A stretch of 64,000 nt of DNA, from assembly GCA_035602395.1 (NCBI GenBank), contig DATNMH010000052.1, forward strand, positions 2,829 through 66,828, written 5' to 3'. Below the pieces are notes generated by a model. That model worked only from the letters and a program-made list of their open reading frames with translations, was not told the origin of the DNA and did no database searches. Each line of letters opens with the position of its first letter. The stretch's first letter is position 1. This DNA is from Candidatus Acidiferrum sp. Lineage in GTDB: Bacteria > Chloroflexota > Dormibacteria > CF-121. The position numbers were made by a program, and so were the translations under genes. Shown here one piece after another: positions 44,112 through 53,143 of the stretch.

Positions 44112-44942
44112 GTGGTGCGGATCGTTACGGATTCCACCGCGGACCTGACCCCAGAGCAACAGCGGACAGCCGGCATCACGGTTGTCCCGCTCAACGTTCA
44201 CTTCGGCGACGACGTCTTTCGTGACCACGTTGATCTCTCGACGGACGAGTTCTTTCGTCGGCTGAAAGCGTCGCCACAGTTGCCCGGCACCTCGCAGCCA
44301 TCGGTGGGCGCCTTCGAGGAGGCCTATCGAAGCCTGCGTCAAGGCGGCGACGACATCGTCTCGGTGCACCTCTCCAGCAAGGTCTCCGGCACGTACAACT
44401 CCGCGCTGATGGCGGCGCAGTCGGTCGGCGAGGGGAAGATCGATGTCGTCGATTCCCTCAGCACCTCCATGGCGCTCGGCTTCATGGCACTGGAGGGGGC
44501 GAAACTGGCGAGGGCTGGCCGCGATCGCCAGTCAGTCGCCGAGTGCCTGCAGTCGCTCGTGCCCAAGGCGCGGGTCATCTGCGTAGTCGATACGCTGACC
44601 TATCTCGAGCGCGGTGGCCGCATCGGGAAGGCGCGGGCGCTGCTCGGCTCGCTGTTGAATGTGAAGCCGATCCTCCAGCTGAAAGACGGCGAGGTGGTCC
44701 CCCTCGGCCGAGCGCGTGGACGCCCGCAGGCGCTCAGCCGGCTGGTCGAGCTGCTCGAACGGGACGGCAAGGTGAGCCAGCTCGCCATCATGCACGGTGC
44801 CGCCCAGGCGGACGCCGAACAATTGCGCGAGCGGGTGGCGTCGAGGTATCCGGGCATCGACATCCAGCTGACCGAGATCGGCGCCGTGCTGGGGACGCAC
44901 ACCGGACCTGGCGTGATCGGCTTTACCTATCTCGTCGCCTGA
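44112..44942 (+). CDS. DegV family fatty-acid-binding protein
   Basis: RIVTDSTADL...TSQPS...SSKVSGTYNSA. GTG 44112. Confidence 0.88.
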   Translation: MVRIVTDSTADLTPEQQRTAGITVVPLNVHFGDDVFRDHVDLSTDEFFRRLKASPQLPGTSQPSVGAFEEAYRSLRQGGDDIVSVHLSSKVSGTYNSALMAAQSVGEGKIDVVDSLSTSMALGFMALEGAKLARAGRDRQSVAECLQSLVPKARVICVVDTLTYLERGGRIGKARALLGSLLNVKPILQLKDGEVVPLGRARGRPQALSRLVELLERDGKVSQLAIMHGAAQADAEQLRERVASRYPGIDIQLTEIGAVLGTHTGPGVIGFTYLVA

Positions 44943-44944
44943 CC

Positions 44945-47017
44945 ATGGCGCCGCGGTTGCACGTTGTGCGGGACCCGTCCCTGGACGATTCCGTCGCGCG
45001 CCTTCCGGGGGTCAGCGATAAGACCGAGGCCAAGCTGGCCCGGCTCGGCATCGCGACCATCCGCGACCTCTTACTGTTCTTCCCACGACGCTACGAGGAT
45101 TTCTCCACCATCACGCCGATCGCCTTTGTGCGTCCGGGCGTGAAGACAACGGTTCGCGGGCGCATCTACGAGATCGGCGCCCACCAAACGAAGTACAAGC
45201 GGATGGCGCTGACGGAGGCGGTCCTGGGCGACGATTCCGGGACGACCTTGCGGCTTGTCTGGTTCAACCAGCCATGGCTGGTCAAGAGCTTGCAGAAGGG
45301 CGACGAGATCTTTGTCGCCGGTGAGGCTGACCTGAGCGGCGGGCTGGTGATGAAGAACCCGGACCACGAAAAGGTGTCGCTGCGCCCGCAGAACGTGGCA
45401 CGGCTGGTCCCGATCTATCGGGAGACCGAAGGACTGACGTCGAAATGGTTGCGACCCAGGATCCAGGCGGTGCTCCCGCTGGCGGACCAACTCGATGAAT
45501 TCTTGCCCGCGGAGCTTCTGATGCGTCGCGGCTTGATGGCGCGCGCCGAGGCGGTGCGGCAGGCCCATTTCCCGGCCTCGGCCGCGCGACTGGACCGCGC
45601 CAAGGAGCGCCTCGCCTTCGAAGAGATGTTTGTCCTTCAGGTCGCCGCCCAAATGGCCAAGCGCGCCCGAAAGTCGCGGGCCGCGCAAGTCGTTCCATTC
45701 GATGAGGCGACGGCGCGCGGGTTCGTCAAGGCGCTGCCCTTCAAGCTCACCAACGCGCAGCGCGTCGCCGCCTGGCAGATCCTGCAGGATCTCGCCCGCC
45801 CGCAGCCGATGAACCGATTGCTCGAAGGCGACGTGGGATCGGGCAAGACGGTGGTGGCGGCGATGGCCATGCACCACGCCGCTCACGCCGGCTTCCAGTC
45901 TGTGATGCTGGCGCCGACCGAGATCCTGGCCCGCCAGCACGCCGACGTCATCCAATCGATCCTGGGACCGTTCCAGATCGATGTCGGGCTGCTGATCGGC
46001 AGCACGCCGGCCGCGGCTCGAAAGCCGATGCTCGCTTCGCTGGCCGACGGACAACTGCCCGTGCTGGTCGGAACGCACGCGCTGATCGAGGAAGGCGTGC
46101 AATTCAAAGACCTGGCGCTGACGGTTGTCGACGAGCAGCATCGCTTCGGCGTCGGTCAGCGGCTGGCCGTCCGGCAGAAGAGCGAGCGTACCCCGCATTT
46201 CTTGTCGATGACGGCTACTCCCATCCCGCGCACCCTCGGACTGACCCTTTTCGGGGACCTCGACATCTCGATCCTTAATGAGATGCCGCCGGGGCGGCGA
46301 CCGGTCAAGACCGGACTCGTCCCGCCGGAGAAGCGAGCCGATGCCTACAACTTCATCCGCAAGCAGGTGGAGGCCGGCCGGCAGGTGTTCGTGATCTGCC
46401 CCCTGATCCAGGAGTCCGACAAGCTCGGCGTGCGGTCGGCCACCCAGGAGCTCGAGAAATTGCAGCGCGACGTCTTTCCCGAGCTCGCCTCCCGCATCGC
46501 CCTGCTCCATGGGCGCCTCAAATCCGCCGAGAAGGAGTCGGTCATGTCAGCCTTCCAGCGCGGCGAGATCGCCATCCTGGTCTCGACGTCGGTGGTCGAG
46601 GTCGGCATCGACATCCCGAATGCCACGGTCATGATGATCGAGGGCGCCGACCGATTTGGATTGGCACAACTGCATCAGTTCCGAGGCCGGGTCGGACGGG
46701 GATCCGAGGAGTCGTGGTGCTTGCTCTTCACCGATGCCGAGGATCCGCAGTCGCTGAAGCGCCTCCAGTCGGTCGTCACCCACAGCAGCGGCTTCGACCT
46801 GGCCGAGATCGACCTCGACCTACGGGGCTGGGGTGACCTCGCCGGCTACCGCCAGCACGGCAAGGACTTCAAGATGGCGAACTTGCTCGACGCCGCGCTG
46901 ATCAGCGACGCCCAGAGCGAGGCCGTCCGCCTCTTGGACCACGACCCGACGCTGGCCGGCGAGCCGGGCCTCCGCCGCCAGCTTTCGGCGTATCGTCAGG
47001 TGTTCGCTCTGGACTGA
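44945..47017 (+). CDS. recG: ATP-dependent DNA helicase RecG
   Basis: Wedge domain, Walker A GDVGSGKT, DEQHRFG, and the helicase C motif QLHQFRGRVGRG. Confidence 0.93.
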   Translation: MAPRLHVVRDPSLDDSVARLPGVSDKTEAKLARLGIATIRDLLLFFPRRYEDFSTITPIAFVRPGVKTTVRGRIYEIGAHQTKYKRMALTEAVLGDDSGTTLRLVWFNQPWLVKSLQKGDEIFVAGEADLSGGLVMKNPDHEKVSLRPQNVARLVPIYRETEGLTSKWLRPRIQAVLPLADQLDEFLPAELLMRRGLMARAEAVRQAHFPASAARLDRAKERLAFEEMFVLQVAAQMAKRARKSRAAQVVPFDEATARGFVKALPFKLTNAQRVAAWQILQDLARPQPMNRLLEGDVGSGKTVVAAMAMHHAAHAGFQSVMLAPTEILARQHADVIQSILGPFQIDVGLLIGSTPAAARKPMLASLADGQLPVLVGTHALIEEGVQFKDLALTVVDEQHRFGVGQRLAVRQKSERTPHFLSMTATPIPRTLGLTLFGDLDISILNEMPPGRRPVKTGLVPPEKRADAYNFIRKQVEAGRQVFVICPLIQESDKLGVRSATQELEKLQRDVFPELASRIALLHGRLKSAEKESVMSAFQRGEIAILVSTSVVEVGIDIPNATVMMIEGADRFGLAQLHQFRGRVGRGSEESWCLLFTDAEDPQSLKRLQSVVTHSSGFDLAEIDLDLRGWGDLAGYRQHGKDFKMANLLDAALISDAQSEAVRLLDHDPTLAGEPGLRRQLSAYRQVFALD

Positions 47018-47202
47018 CCTTCGGTGGCGGAACCGCAGGCGGTACCGGCCGCAGCCGGCTCAGCAGCCATCCAACCCCCATGCCGGCAGCGATCGGCAGG
47101 GCCAGCACGAGGATGATGCCAACCACGGCGGCGACGACGACTATGCTGCTGCTCCTTCGTGGGCGACGGCCTTCAGACCGACCCGCCTGTTTTACTCATC
47201 GC

Positions 47203-47766
47203 ATGACGGGGCCGGCCACGCGCGTCACCGCTGGGACCAGTCGTGGACGCCTGCTCAAGACGCCGCCAGGCCGAGCCACGCGGCCAACCACAGCGCTGGT
47301 GCGAGAGGCGTTGTTCAACATCATCGGCGACAGCATACGCGGTGCGCGAGTCCTCGATCTCTTCGCGGGCGCCGGCACCCTGGGTGTCGAGGCGTTGTCG
47401 CGTGGTGCGGCGTCGGCGACGTTTGTGGAACGCGACCGAGCCTGTGCTACCATCGTCGCGAACAATTTGGCCGCAACCGGCTTCGCCCAGCAGGGCGACG
47501 TGGCACACGCTGACGCCATCGACTGGTTGAGGGCGCACGATGGCGACCTCGGCGCCTACAACCTTCTTCTCCTTGACCCCCCGTACCAGGACAGCGCCAC
47601 GCTGACGGCCGCCTTGCAGGCGCTCGACCGAGCGCCGCTCCGCGACGAGGCGCTGCTGGTGGTCGAGCACCATCGCGGCCAGCCGCTGCCCGCGCTTCAG
47701 CGACTGTCGTTCGTGCGCGATCGCGATTACGGGGCCACCCGGCTCACGTTTTTCAGGTATCAATGA
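47203..47766 (+). CDS. rsmD: 16S rRNA (guanine966-N2)-methyltransferase
   Basis: RPTTALVREALFNI...LDLFAGAGTLGVEALSRGA...LLDPPY. Confidence 0.88.
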   Translation: MTGPATRVTAGTSRGRLLKTPPGRATRPTTALVREALFNIIGDSIRGARVLDLFAGAGTLGVEALSRGAASATFVERDRACATIVANNLAATGFAQQGDVAHADAIDWLRAHDGDLGAYNLLLLDPPYQDSATLTAALQALDRAPLRDEALLVVEHHRGQPLPALQRLSFVRDRDYGATRLTFFRYQ

Positions 47767-48257
47767 TCACCGCGCTCTACCCGGGAAGCTTTGACCCATT
47801 GACCCACGGTCACCTCGACATCGTCGATCGAGCCGCGGGAATCTTCGACCGCGTGGTGATCGCCGTCCTCGAGAACCCGAGCAAGCAGCCCTTGTTCACG
47901 ACCGGGGAGCGCGTCACCATGATCCGCGAGAGCCTCGGCGAACGCCCCCGCGTCGAGGTCAGCACTTTCAGCGGCCTCACCATCGACTTCGCGCGACAGG
48001 TCGGCGCGCGAGTGATCGTCCGCGGGCTGCGCGCCGTGTCAGACTTCGAGAGTGAGTTCCAGATGGCGCTGATGAACCGCCGCCTGGAACCCGATGTGAC
48101 CACCGTCTTCATCCCGACCAGCCTGCGCCACCTGTTTCTCAGCTCCAGCTTGATCAAGGAACTCGCCGAGTTCGGTGGAGACATTTCGGAATTCGTCCCA
48201 GCCAACGTCGTCGGACCGCTCAAACAACGTCTCACCGCGGGAACCCCGCGACCCTGA
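47763..48257 (+). CDS. coaD: pantetheine-phosphate adenylyltransferase
   Basis: YPGSFDPLTHGHLDI. ATGA overlap with rsmD. Confidence 0.93.
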   Translation: MITALYPGSFDPLTHGHLDIVDRAAGIFDRVVIAVLENPSKQPLFTTGERVTMIRESLGERPRVEVSTFSGLTIDFARQVGARVIVRGLRAVSDFESEFQMALMNRRLEPDVTTVFIPTSLRHLFLSSSLIKELAEFGGDISEFVPANVVGPLKQRLTAGTPRP

Positions 48258-48270
48258 AGGAGCACAACGA

Positions 48271-48756
48271 ATGAACATCCATGAAGCGATCGATCGCCTC
48301 GAGTACCTGATCGGCCACAGCCGCCAGATCCCGCTGACGCGGACGGTCGTCATCGATCAAGAGGAGGCGCTGTCCTGCATCGACGAGCTTCGGCTCAGCC
48401 TGCCGGATGAGATCAAGCAGGCGCGCTGGACCCTCCAGGAGCAACAGCGGCTGCTCTCCGAGGCGCAGGCCGAGGCGGCCAGGACGGTGGGCAAGGCGGG
48501 CGAGCGCGCCCAGACGATGATCGGCCAGCACGAACTGGTCAAGCGGGCGGAAAAGCAGGCCGACGCCATGCTCAAGGAGGCCACCCTCAAGGCCGAGGAG
48601 ACGCGCCGTGCCGCCGATCGCTACGCCTGGGAGGTCATGCAGAACCTGGAGACCCAGCTGCTGCGGACGGTCGCCACCGTCAAGAAGGGCGTCGAGGCGT
48701 TACGGACTCCTCCAGCCAGGGCGAAGGAAGTCGAGGTCGTCAGCGGCCGCTCCTGA
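48271..48756 (+). CDS. hypothetical coiled-coil protein
   Basis: 161 aa. GAAGGAG SD 8 nt upstream of ATG 48271. Confidence 0.6.
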   Translation: MNIHEAIDRLEYLIGHSRQIPLTRTVVIDQEEALSCIDELRLSLPDEIKQARWTLQEQQRLLSEAQAEAARTVGKAGERAQTMIGQHELVKRAEKQADAMLKEATLKAEETRRAADRYAWEVMQNLETQLLRTVATVKKGVEALRTPPARAKEVEVVSGRS

Positions 48757-48757
48757 G

Positions 48758-49882
48758 TTAGGAGAGGTCGCGGCTCAACACGACATAACCGTACGGATCG
48801 GTGATCGCACCCGCAAGGCACCGAAAAGTCGCCCGACAGCTGACATTCAGCACCTCGGTCAAATTCGCCGGCAGACTCTCGTGGTGCCAGGTCGTGCCTC
48901 CGTCGTCCGTCGCCAGAACCATTGCACGGTGGGTGCGATTGTCACCCGACCCGGTCCAGCCCCAACCAACGGCGATGCAAAATAGGGGCGTTCCGCACGA
49001 GACCTGGTCCAGCAATTCCACACCAAGCGAGGTCACCGTTCGCGTGAATGCGTTGCTGGTGGCGTCCTGAATGTAAACGAGCGGTTCGGTGGTGAGGATA
49101 TCGTTCGTCGATAGACCGACGGACATGCATCGCCCGGTCGAAACGCAGCTCAGGCTGCCGATCCCAGCGGGCGTGGAGACGGTCTTGCTCATCCAGTGCG
49201 TTCCAGCATCGGCTGTTTTCAGCAGAGCCACCAGTGCGGTCGATCCATTGATGATGGCGTAGCCGACCGCCGAGCAGACCTCCTGGGTCCAGCAGGCGAT
49301 TCCATGGACCTCGATGTTCTGGTCGAGCGGCACACTTTGCCAGTTGCTACCCCCATCCCTCGTGATGTAGATCAACGTCTTGCGCTGGGTGTTGACGGCG
49401 CTTCCGGCGGTCATACATAACGATTTGCTGGCACAGCTGATGGCGTTCAGGGAGCTGCCCGGGCTTTCAAACTGCTGGAGGTGCCAACTGTTGGCGCCAT
49501 CGGTTGAGACCGCGATGCTAGGCTGCACCGACCCGCCGGCTGTGCCGACGACGAGGCATGTCGTTGGGCTCGGACACGAGACGTCGCCGGCGCTGAACAG
49601 GGTAGTGCTGGAAGTAAACGAACCGCGCTGCCAGGTGAGTCGGCCATCGCGCGACACGACGTATCCAGCTCGGTCCACTACGATACAAAATTCCTCGGTC
49701 GCGCATGTTTCAGCCTCGATCTGTCCGAGCTGCCCCGCTGATTCGACGTGCCATTGTCCCGACTCGCTTGCGGTCTTTGGAGAGGCCGTCGGACTGGAGG
49801 CGACCCCTGGCCGGTCCCCACAAGCGGAGACAGTCAAGGCGAGCACAATCATCGACGTCCAGACAATTGGTCCGCGTTTCAT
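48758..49882 (-). CDS. beta-propeller lipoprotein with Asp-box-like and C-x5-C repeats
   Basis: Lipobox LALTVSAC, five S/T-x-D-G-x-x-W motifs and seven SC-x5-C motifs. Confidence 0.7.
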   Translation of the reverse strand: MKRGPIVWTSMIVLALTVSACGDRPGVASSPTASPKTASESGQWHVESAGQLGQIEAETCATEEFCIVVDRAGYVVSRDGRLTWQRGSFTSSTTLFSAGDVSCPSPTTCLVVGTAGGSVQPSIAVSTDGANSWHLQQFESPGSSLNAISCASKSLCMTAGSAVNTQRKTLIYITRDGGSNWQSVPLDQNIEVHGIACWTQEVCSAVGYAIINGSTALVALLKTADAGTHWMSKTVSTPAGIGSLSCVSTGRCMSVGLSTNDILTTEPLVYIQDATSNAFTRTVTSLGVELLDQVSCGTPLFCIAVGWGWTGSGDNRTHRAMVLATDDGGTTWHHESLPANLTEVLNVSCRATFRCLAGAITDPYGYVVLSRDLS

Positions 49883-49942
49883 CCCGAGCCCTTAGAGGAA
49901 TCAACTGGTCGCTGACGCCATACCCTTCACGCATGGTGGCCC

Positions 49943-49948
49943 TATAAT
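49943..49948 (+). promoter_or_regulatory. consensus -10 hexamer TATAAT 9 nt upstream of the rpmF ATG
   Basis: Perfect TATAAT. No convincing -35 and no SD. Would give a 2-3-nt leader. Confidence 0.3.
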
Positions 49949-49957
49949 GGGCTGCTC

Positions 49958-50134
49958 ATGGCTCTCCCTAAGACTCGATACGCCCATGCCCGCCAGGGCG
50001 AGCGCCGCGCCCACCTGGCGATAAAGCGCACCGCGCTGGTCGAATGCTCGCAGTGCCACCAGCCGAAGCGGCCGCACACGATCTGTCGTAACTGCGGCTA
50101 CTACGACGGCCGCGAAGTCATCAAGACCGACTAG
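49958..50134 (+). CDS. rpmF: 50S ribosomal protein L32
   Basis: Absent from the track (58 aa). MALPKTRYAHARQGERRAHLAIKRTALVECSQCHQPKRPHTICRNCGYYDGREVIKTD. Confidence 0.9.
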   Translation: MALPKTRYAHARQGERRAHLAIKRTALVECSQCHQPKRPHTICRNCGYYDGREVIKTD

Positions 50135-50144
50135 GTCCCAAGCG

Positions 50145-51068
50145 ATCACCGTCGCCTTCCTGTTTCCAGGCCAGGGCGCCCAATTCGTTGGAATGGCCCG
50201 CGACCTTTTGGAAGGGGACCCGGGTTCGTCCGACTTCCTGCGCCAGGCCGAGGACCGGCTGGCGATGCCGCTCGGCCGGCTGATGCTGGACGGACCGGAG
50301 GCCGAGCTGCAGGCGACCAGCAACGCCCAGCCGGCGATCCTGTTTCACAGCCTGGCGCTGCTTCGCCTGATGTCGGCGAGAGGGTTCGCCGCCGCCCTGG
50401 TCGCCGGCCACAGCATGGGCGAGTTCGCCGGGCTGGTGGCGGCGGACGCGCTCGACCCCATCGACGCGCTGGCGGCCGTGCGGGCACGCGGCGGAGCGAT
50501 GTCGGCGGCAGCACCGAAAGCCAGCGGCATGGTCGCCGTACTCGGCCTGGCCGACAGCGCCGTCGAACAGGCATGCGCGAGCAGTGGGGGAGAGGTCGTG
50601 GTCGCCAACTACAACGCACCCGGCCAGGTCGTGATCTCGGGGAGCGAGGCCGGCCTGAAGGCCGTCGGCCCCAAACTCGACGCGGCGGGGGCGAAGCGCC
50701 TGGTGCGCCTGCCCGTCAGCGGCGCTTTCCATTCGCCGCTGATGGCCCACGCGGCGCAGGTCTTCGCCGCCGCCTGGGAGAAGATCCCGCTGCGTGCGTT
50801 ACGACGCCCCCAGGTCTTCAATGCCGACGCACAGGTCCACCAGGATCCGATCGAGGTCCGCGGGCTCATGGTCGGCCAGCTGACCGGCCCGGTGCGCTGG
50901 ACGCAGTCGATCCAGCGGTTGCAGCAGCTTGGAGCCGACACCTACATTGAGGTTGGTCCGCGGCGGACCCTGACCGGGCTGGTCAAGAAGATCCTCCCGG
51001 GCGCGGTGGTCCACAATATCGAGGATCTGGCCAGCATGAACACCACCCTTAAGACCATCCATGGTTGA
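50145..51068 (+). CDS. fabD: malonyl CoA-acyl carrier protein transacylase
   Basis: AFLFPGQGAQFVGM, GHSMGEF, GAFHSP. The first canonical start (ATG 50193) would delete the GQG motif. Start placed at in-frame ATC 50145. Confidence 0.88.
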   Translation: MTVAFLFPGQGAQFVGMARDLLEGDPGSSDFLRQAEDRLAMPLGRLMLDGPEAELQATSNAQPAILFHSLALLRLMSARGFAAALVAGHSMGEFAGLVAADALDPIDALAAVRARGGAMSAAAPKASGMVAVLGLADSAVEQACASSGGEVVVANYNAPGQVVISGSEAGLKAVGPKLDAAGAKRLVRLPVSGAFHSPLMAHAAQVFAAAWEKIPLRALRRPQVFNADAQVHQDPIEVRGLMVGQLTGPVRWTQSIQRLQQLGADTYIEVGPRRTLTGLVKKILPGAVVHNIEDLASMNTTLKTIHG

Positions 51069-51810
51069 CGGCTTTTCGGAACAGGTCGTCCTGGTCACCG
51101 GTGGAAGCCGTGGCATCGGTCGTGCTACCGCCGTCCTCTTCGGACAGACAGGCGCCAAGGTTGCCATTACGTACAAGAGCCGCCAGGCGGAGGCCGACGC
51201 GCTGGTCGAGGAGCTGTCGCACCAGGGCCACCAGGCGATGGCGCTGCAGGCGGACTTCGCCGACAGCTCGGCACCGGCGACGGCCGTCGAGGCCGTCGTG
51301 AAACAGTGGGGCCGCCTCGACGTCCTGGTCAACAACGCCGGGCTGACCCGGGACACCCTGGTGATGCGGATGAGCGAAGCCGACTGGGACATCGTGATCC
51401 AGACCAATCTGAAAGCGGCGTTTCTTGCCAGCAAGGCCGCGCTGCGACCGATGCTCAAGCAAAAATACGGCCGTATCGTCAACGTGTCGTCGCTCGCCGG
51501 CGTGGCCGGCAATGCCGGCCAGGCCAACTACAGCGCGTCGAAGGCCGGGTTGATCGGGCTGACCAAGTCGCTCGCCAAGGAGGTCGGCTCCCGGAACATC
51601 ACGGTCAATGCCGTCGCTCCCGGATTCATCACAACGGAGCTGACCAGCGGTCTGCCCGTCGAGCTGCTGGAGCGCGCCCGCCAGGCGGCGGCGATCCCCC
51701 GGATCGGGACGCCGGACGACGTCGCGCCGGCCATCGTGTTCCTCGCGTCGCGGGCTGCCGGCTACATCACCGGCCAGGTTCTGGGCATTGACGGCGGTCT
51801 CCCGATCTAG
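51061..51810 (+). CDS. fabG: 3-oxoacyl-ACP reductase
   Basis: TGGSRGIGRA, NNAG, and YSASKAG in an SDR fold. Confidence 0.92.
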   Translation: MVDGFSEQVVLVTGGSRGIGRATAVLFGQTGAKVAITYKSRQAEADALVEELSHQGHQAMALQADFADSSAPATAVEAVVKQWGRLDVLVNNAGLTRDTLVMRMSEADWDIVIQTNLKAAFLASKAALRPMLKQKYGRIVNVSSLAGVAGNAGQANYSASKAGLIGLTKSLAKEVGSRNITVNAVAPGFITTELTSGLPVELLERARQAAAIPRIGTPDDVAPAIVFLASRAAGYITGQVLGIDGGLPI

Positions 51811-51871
51811 GAAGATGGGCCCCGCTTGGTCTAGAATTTGACCGCACTTGCACTAGCTAGAAGGGGAGTCG

Positions 51872-52120
51872 ATGGACGGGAACAGCTACGAGAAATTCAA
51901 AGGCATCATCGCCGAGCAGCTCGGCGTGGATACCGAGCAAGTCACACCCGACGCCTCTTTCGTCGACGACCTGAACGCGGATTCCCTCGACCTGGTCGAA
52001 TTGATCATGGCGTTCGAGGAAGAATACGGAATGGAGATACCTGACGAGGACGCTGAAAAGATCCAGACCGTCGGTGCCGCGTGGGACTACGTTCAAGAAA
52101 AGCTCGGAATCACCACCTGA
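51872..52120 (+). CDS. acpP: acyl carrier protein
   Basis: [32 protein letters not shown] upstream. Confidence 0.95.
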   Translation: MDGNSYEKFKGIIAEQLGVDTEQVTPDASFVDDLNADSLDLVELIMAFEEEYGMEIPDEDAEKIQTVGAAWDYVQEKLGITT

Positions 52121-52886
52121 ACTAGAGCCCACGCCGACCGACGACCCCATCCAGAAGCTTCAGCGCACGCTCCGCGTGCGCTTCCACGATGCTGCCCTGC
52201 TCCGGCAGGCGTTGACCCACCGTTCCTATAACAACGAGCATCCAGAACGGGGCAGCGCGGACAACGAGCGTCTCGAGTACCTGGGCGATGCTGTGCTCGA
52301 GCTGATCGCGGCTGAGCATCTTTACAACACCTATGCGACGTCCGACGAAGGCGAGTTGACCCGCCTGCGCGCCTCGGTCGTCAATACGAAAAGCCTGGCG
52401 CGCCTCGCCTCGCGGCTGAGCCTTGGCGACTACTTGCTGCTGGGCAAGGGCGCGCACAAGACCGGGGCCCGTTCGCTGCAGTCGATCCTCGCCAATACCT
52501 TCGAGGCGGTCATCGGCGCGATCTTCCTGGACCAGGGGTACCGGGCGGCCTATCGCCTCTTCAGTCGCAGCCTGATCGACGTGCAGGCCTGGCCCGACGA
52601 CAACTACAAGGGCCGCCTGCAGGAGGTCACGCAGGAGCGCTTTTTGACCACGCCGCAGTATGAAATCGTCAGCGCCTCGGGCCCCGGCCATCGGCGCGAG
52701 TACACGGCCGAGGTCAGTTTTGGGGACGGCAACCGGGGCACCGGACAGGGGCGCACGAAACGCGCGGCCGAGCAGATGGCAGCGCGCGAGGCCCTCTCGG
52801 CGCTTGGGGCGCTCGACCATCCGCCCGCCGCGGACGAAGTCCTGGAGGCCGTCGCGGCGCACGAGGCCAAGCGCTCGCCGAACTAG
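52074..52886 (+). CDS. rnc: ribonuclease III
   Basis: ALTHRSY...[13 protein letters not shown] plus a C-terminal dsRBD. GTG 52074 overlaps acpP by 47 nt, so the true start is uncertain. Confidence 0.88.
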   Translation: MPRGTTFKKSSESPPELEPTPTDDPIQKLQRTLRVRFHDAALLRQALTHRSYNNEHPERGSADNERLEYLGDAVLELIAAEHLYNTYATSDEGELTRLRASVVNTKSLARLASRLSLGDYLLLGKGAHKTGARSLQSILANTFEAVIGAIFLDQGYRAAYRLFSRSLIDVQAWPDDNYKGRLQEVTQERFLTTPQYEIVSASGPGHRREYTAEVSFGDGNRGTGQGRTKRAAEQMAAREALSALGALDHPPAADEVLEAVAAHEAKRSPN

Positions 52887-53074
52887 CTCTCGCCTAATAC
52901 CGCGGCGAGGGCGCAGCCCGGCCGATGACCACCGCCCACTGGGGGTTTCGAACCGGCGCACTCCGGGCAGGCCCCGTTGGATTTGGCCGGGACCAGTCCG
53001 CTCCACTGGTGCTTCGCGAGCAACCGCCGCAACTGAGCACACTCGGCAGGGACGTCGCGAACCTCATCGCTCAT
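52883..53074 (-). CDS. hypothetical small Cys-containing protein
   Basis: 63 aa from ATG 53074, with ACPECAG...GC. No SD and no homology recognised. Confidence 0.3.
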   Translation of the reverse strand: MSDEVRDVPAECAQLRRLLAKHQWSGLVPAKSNGACPECAGSKPPVGGGHRPGCALAAVLGES

Positions 53075-53143
53075 TTCAGGAAGGATTCTAGCGGGCGTCG
53101 CCGTCATCATTAATTTGAGGGATTTTGCATAGAAACCCCGCAA

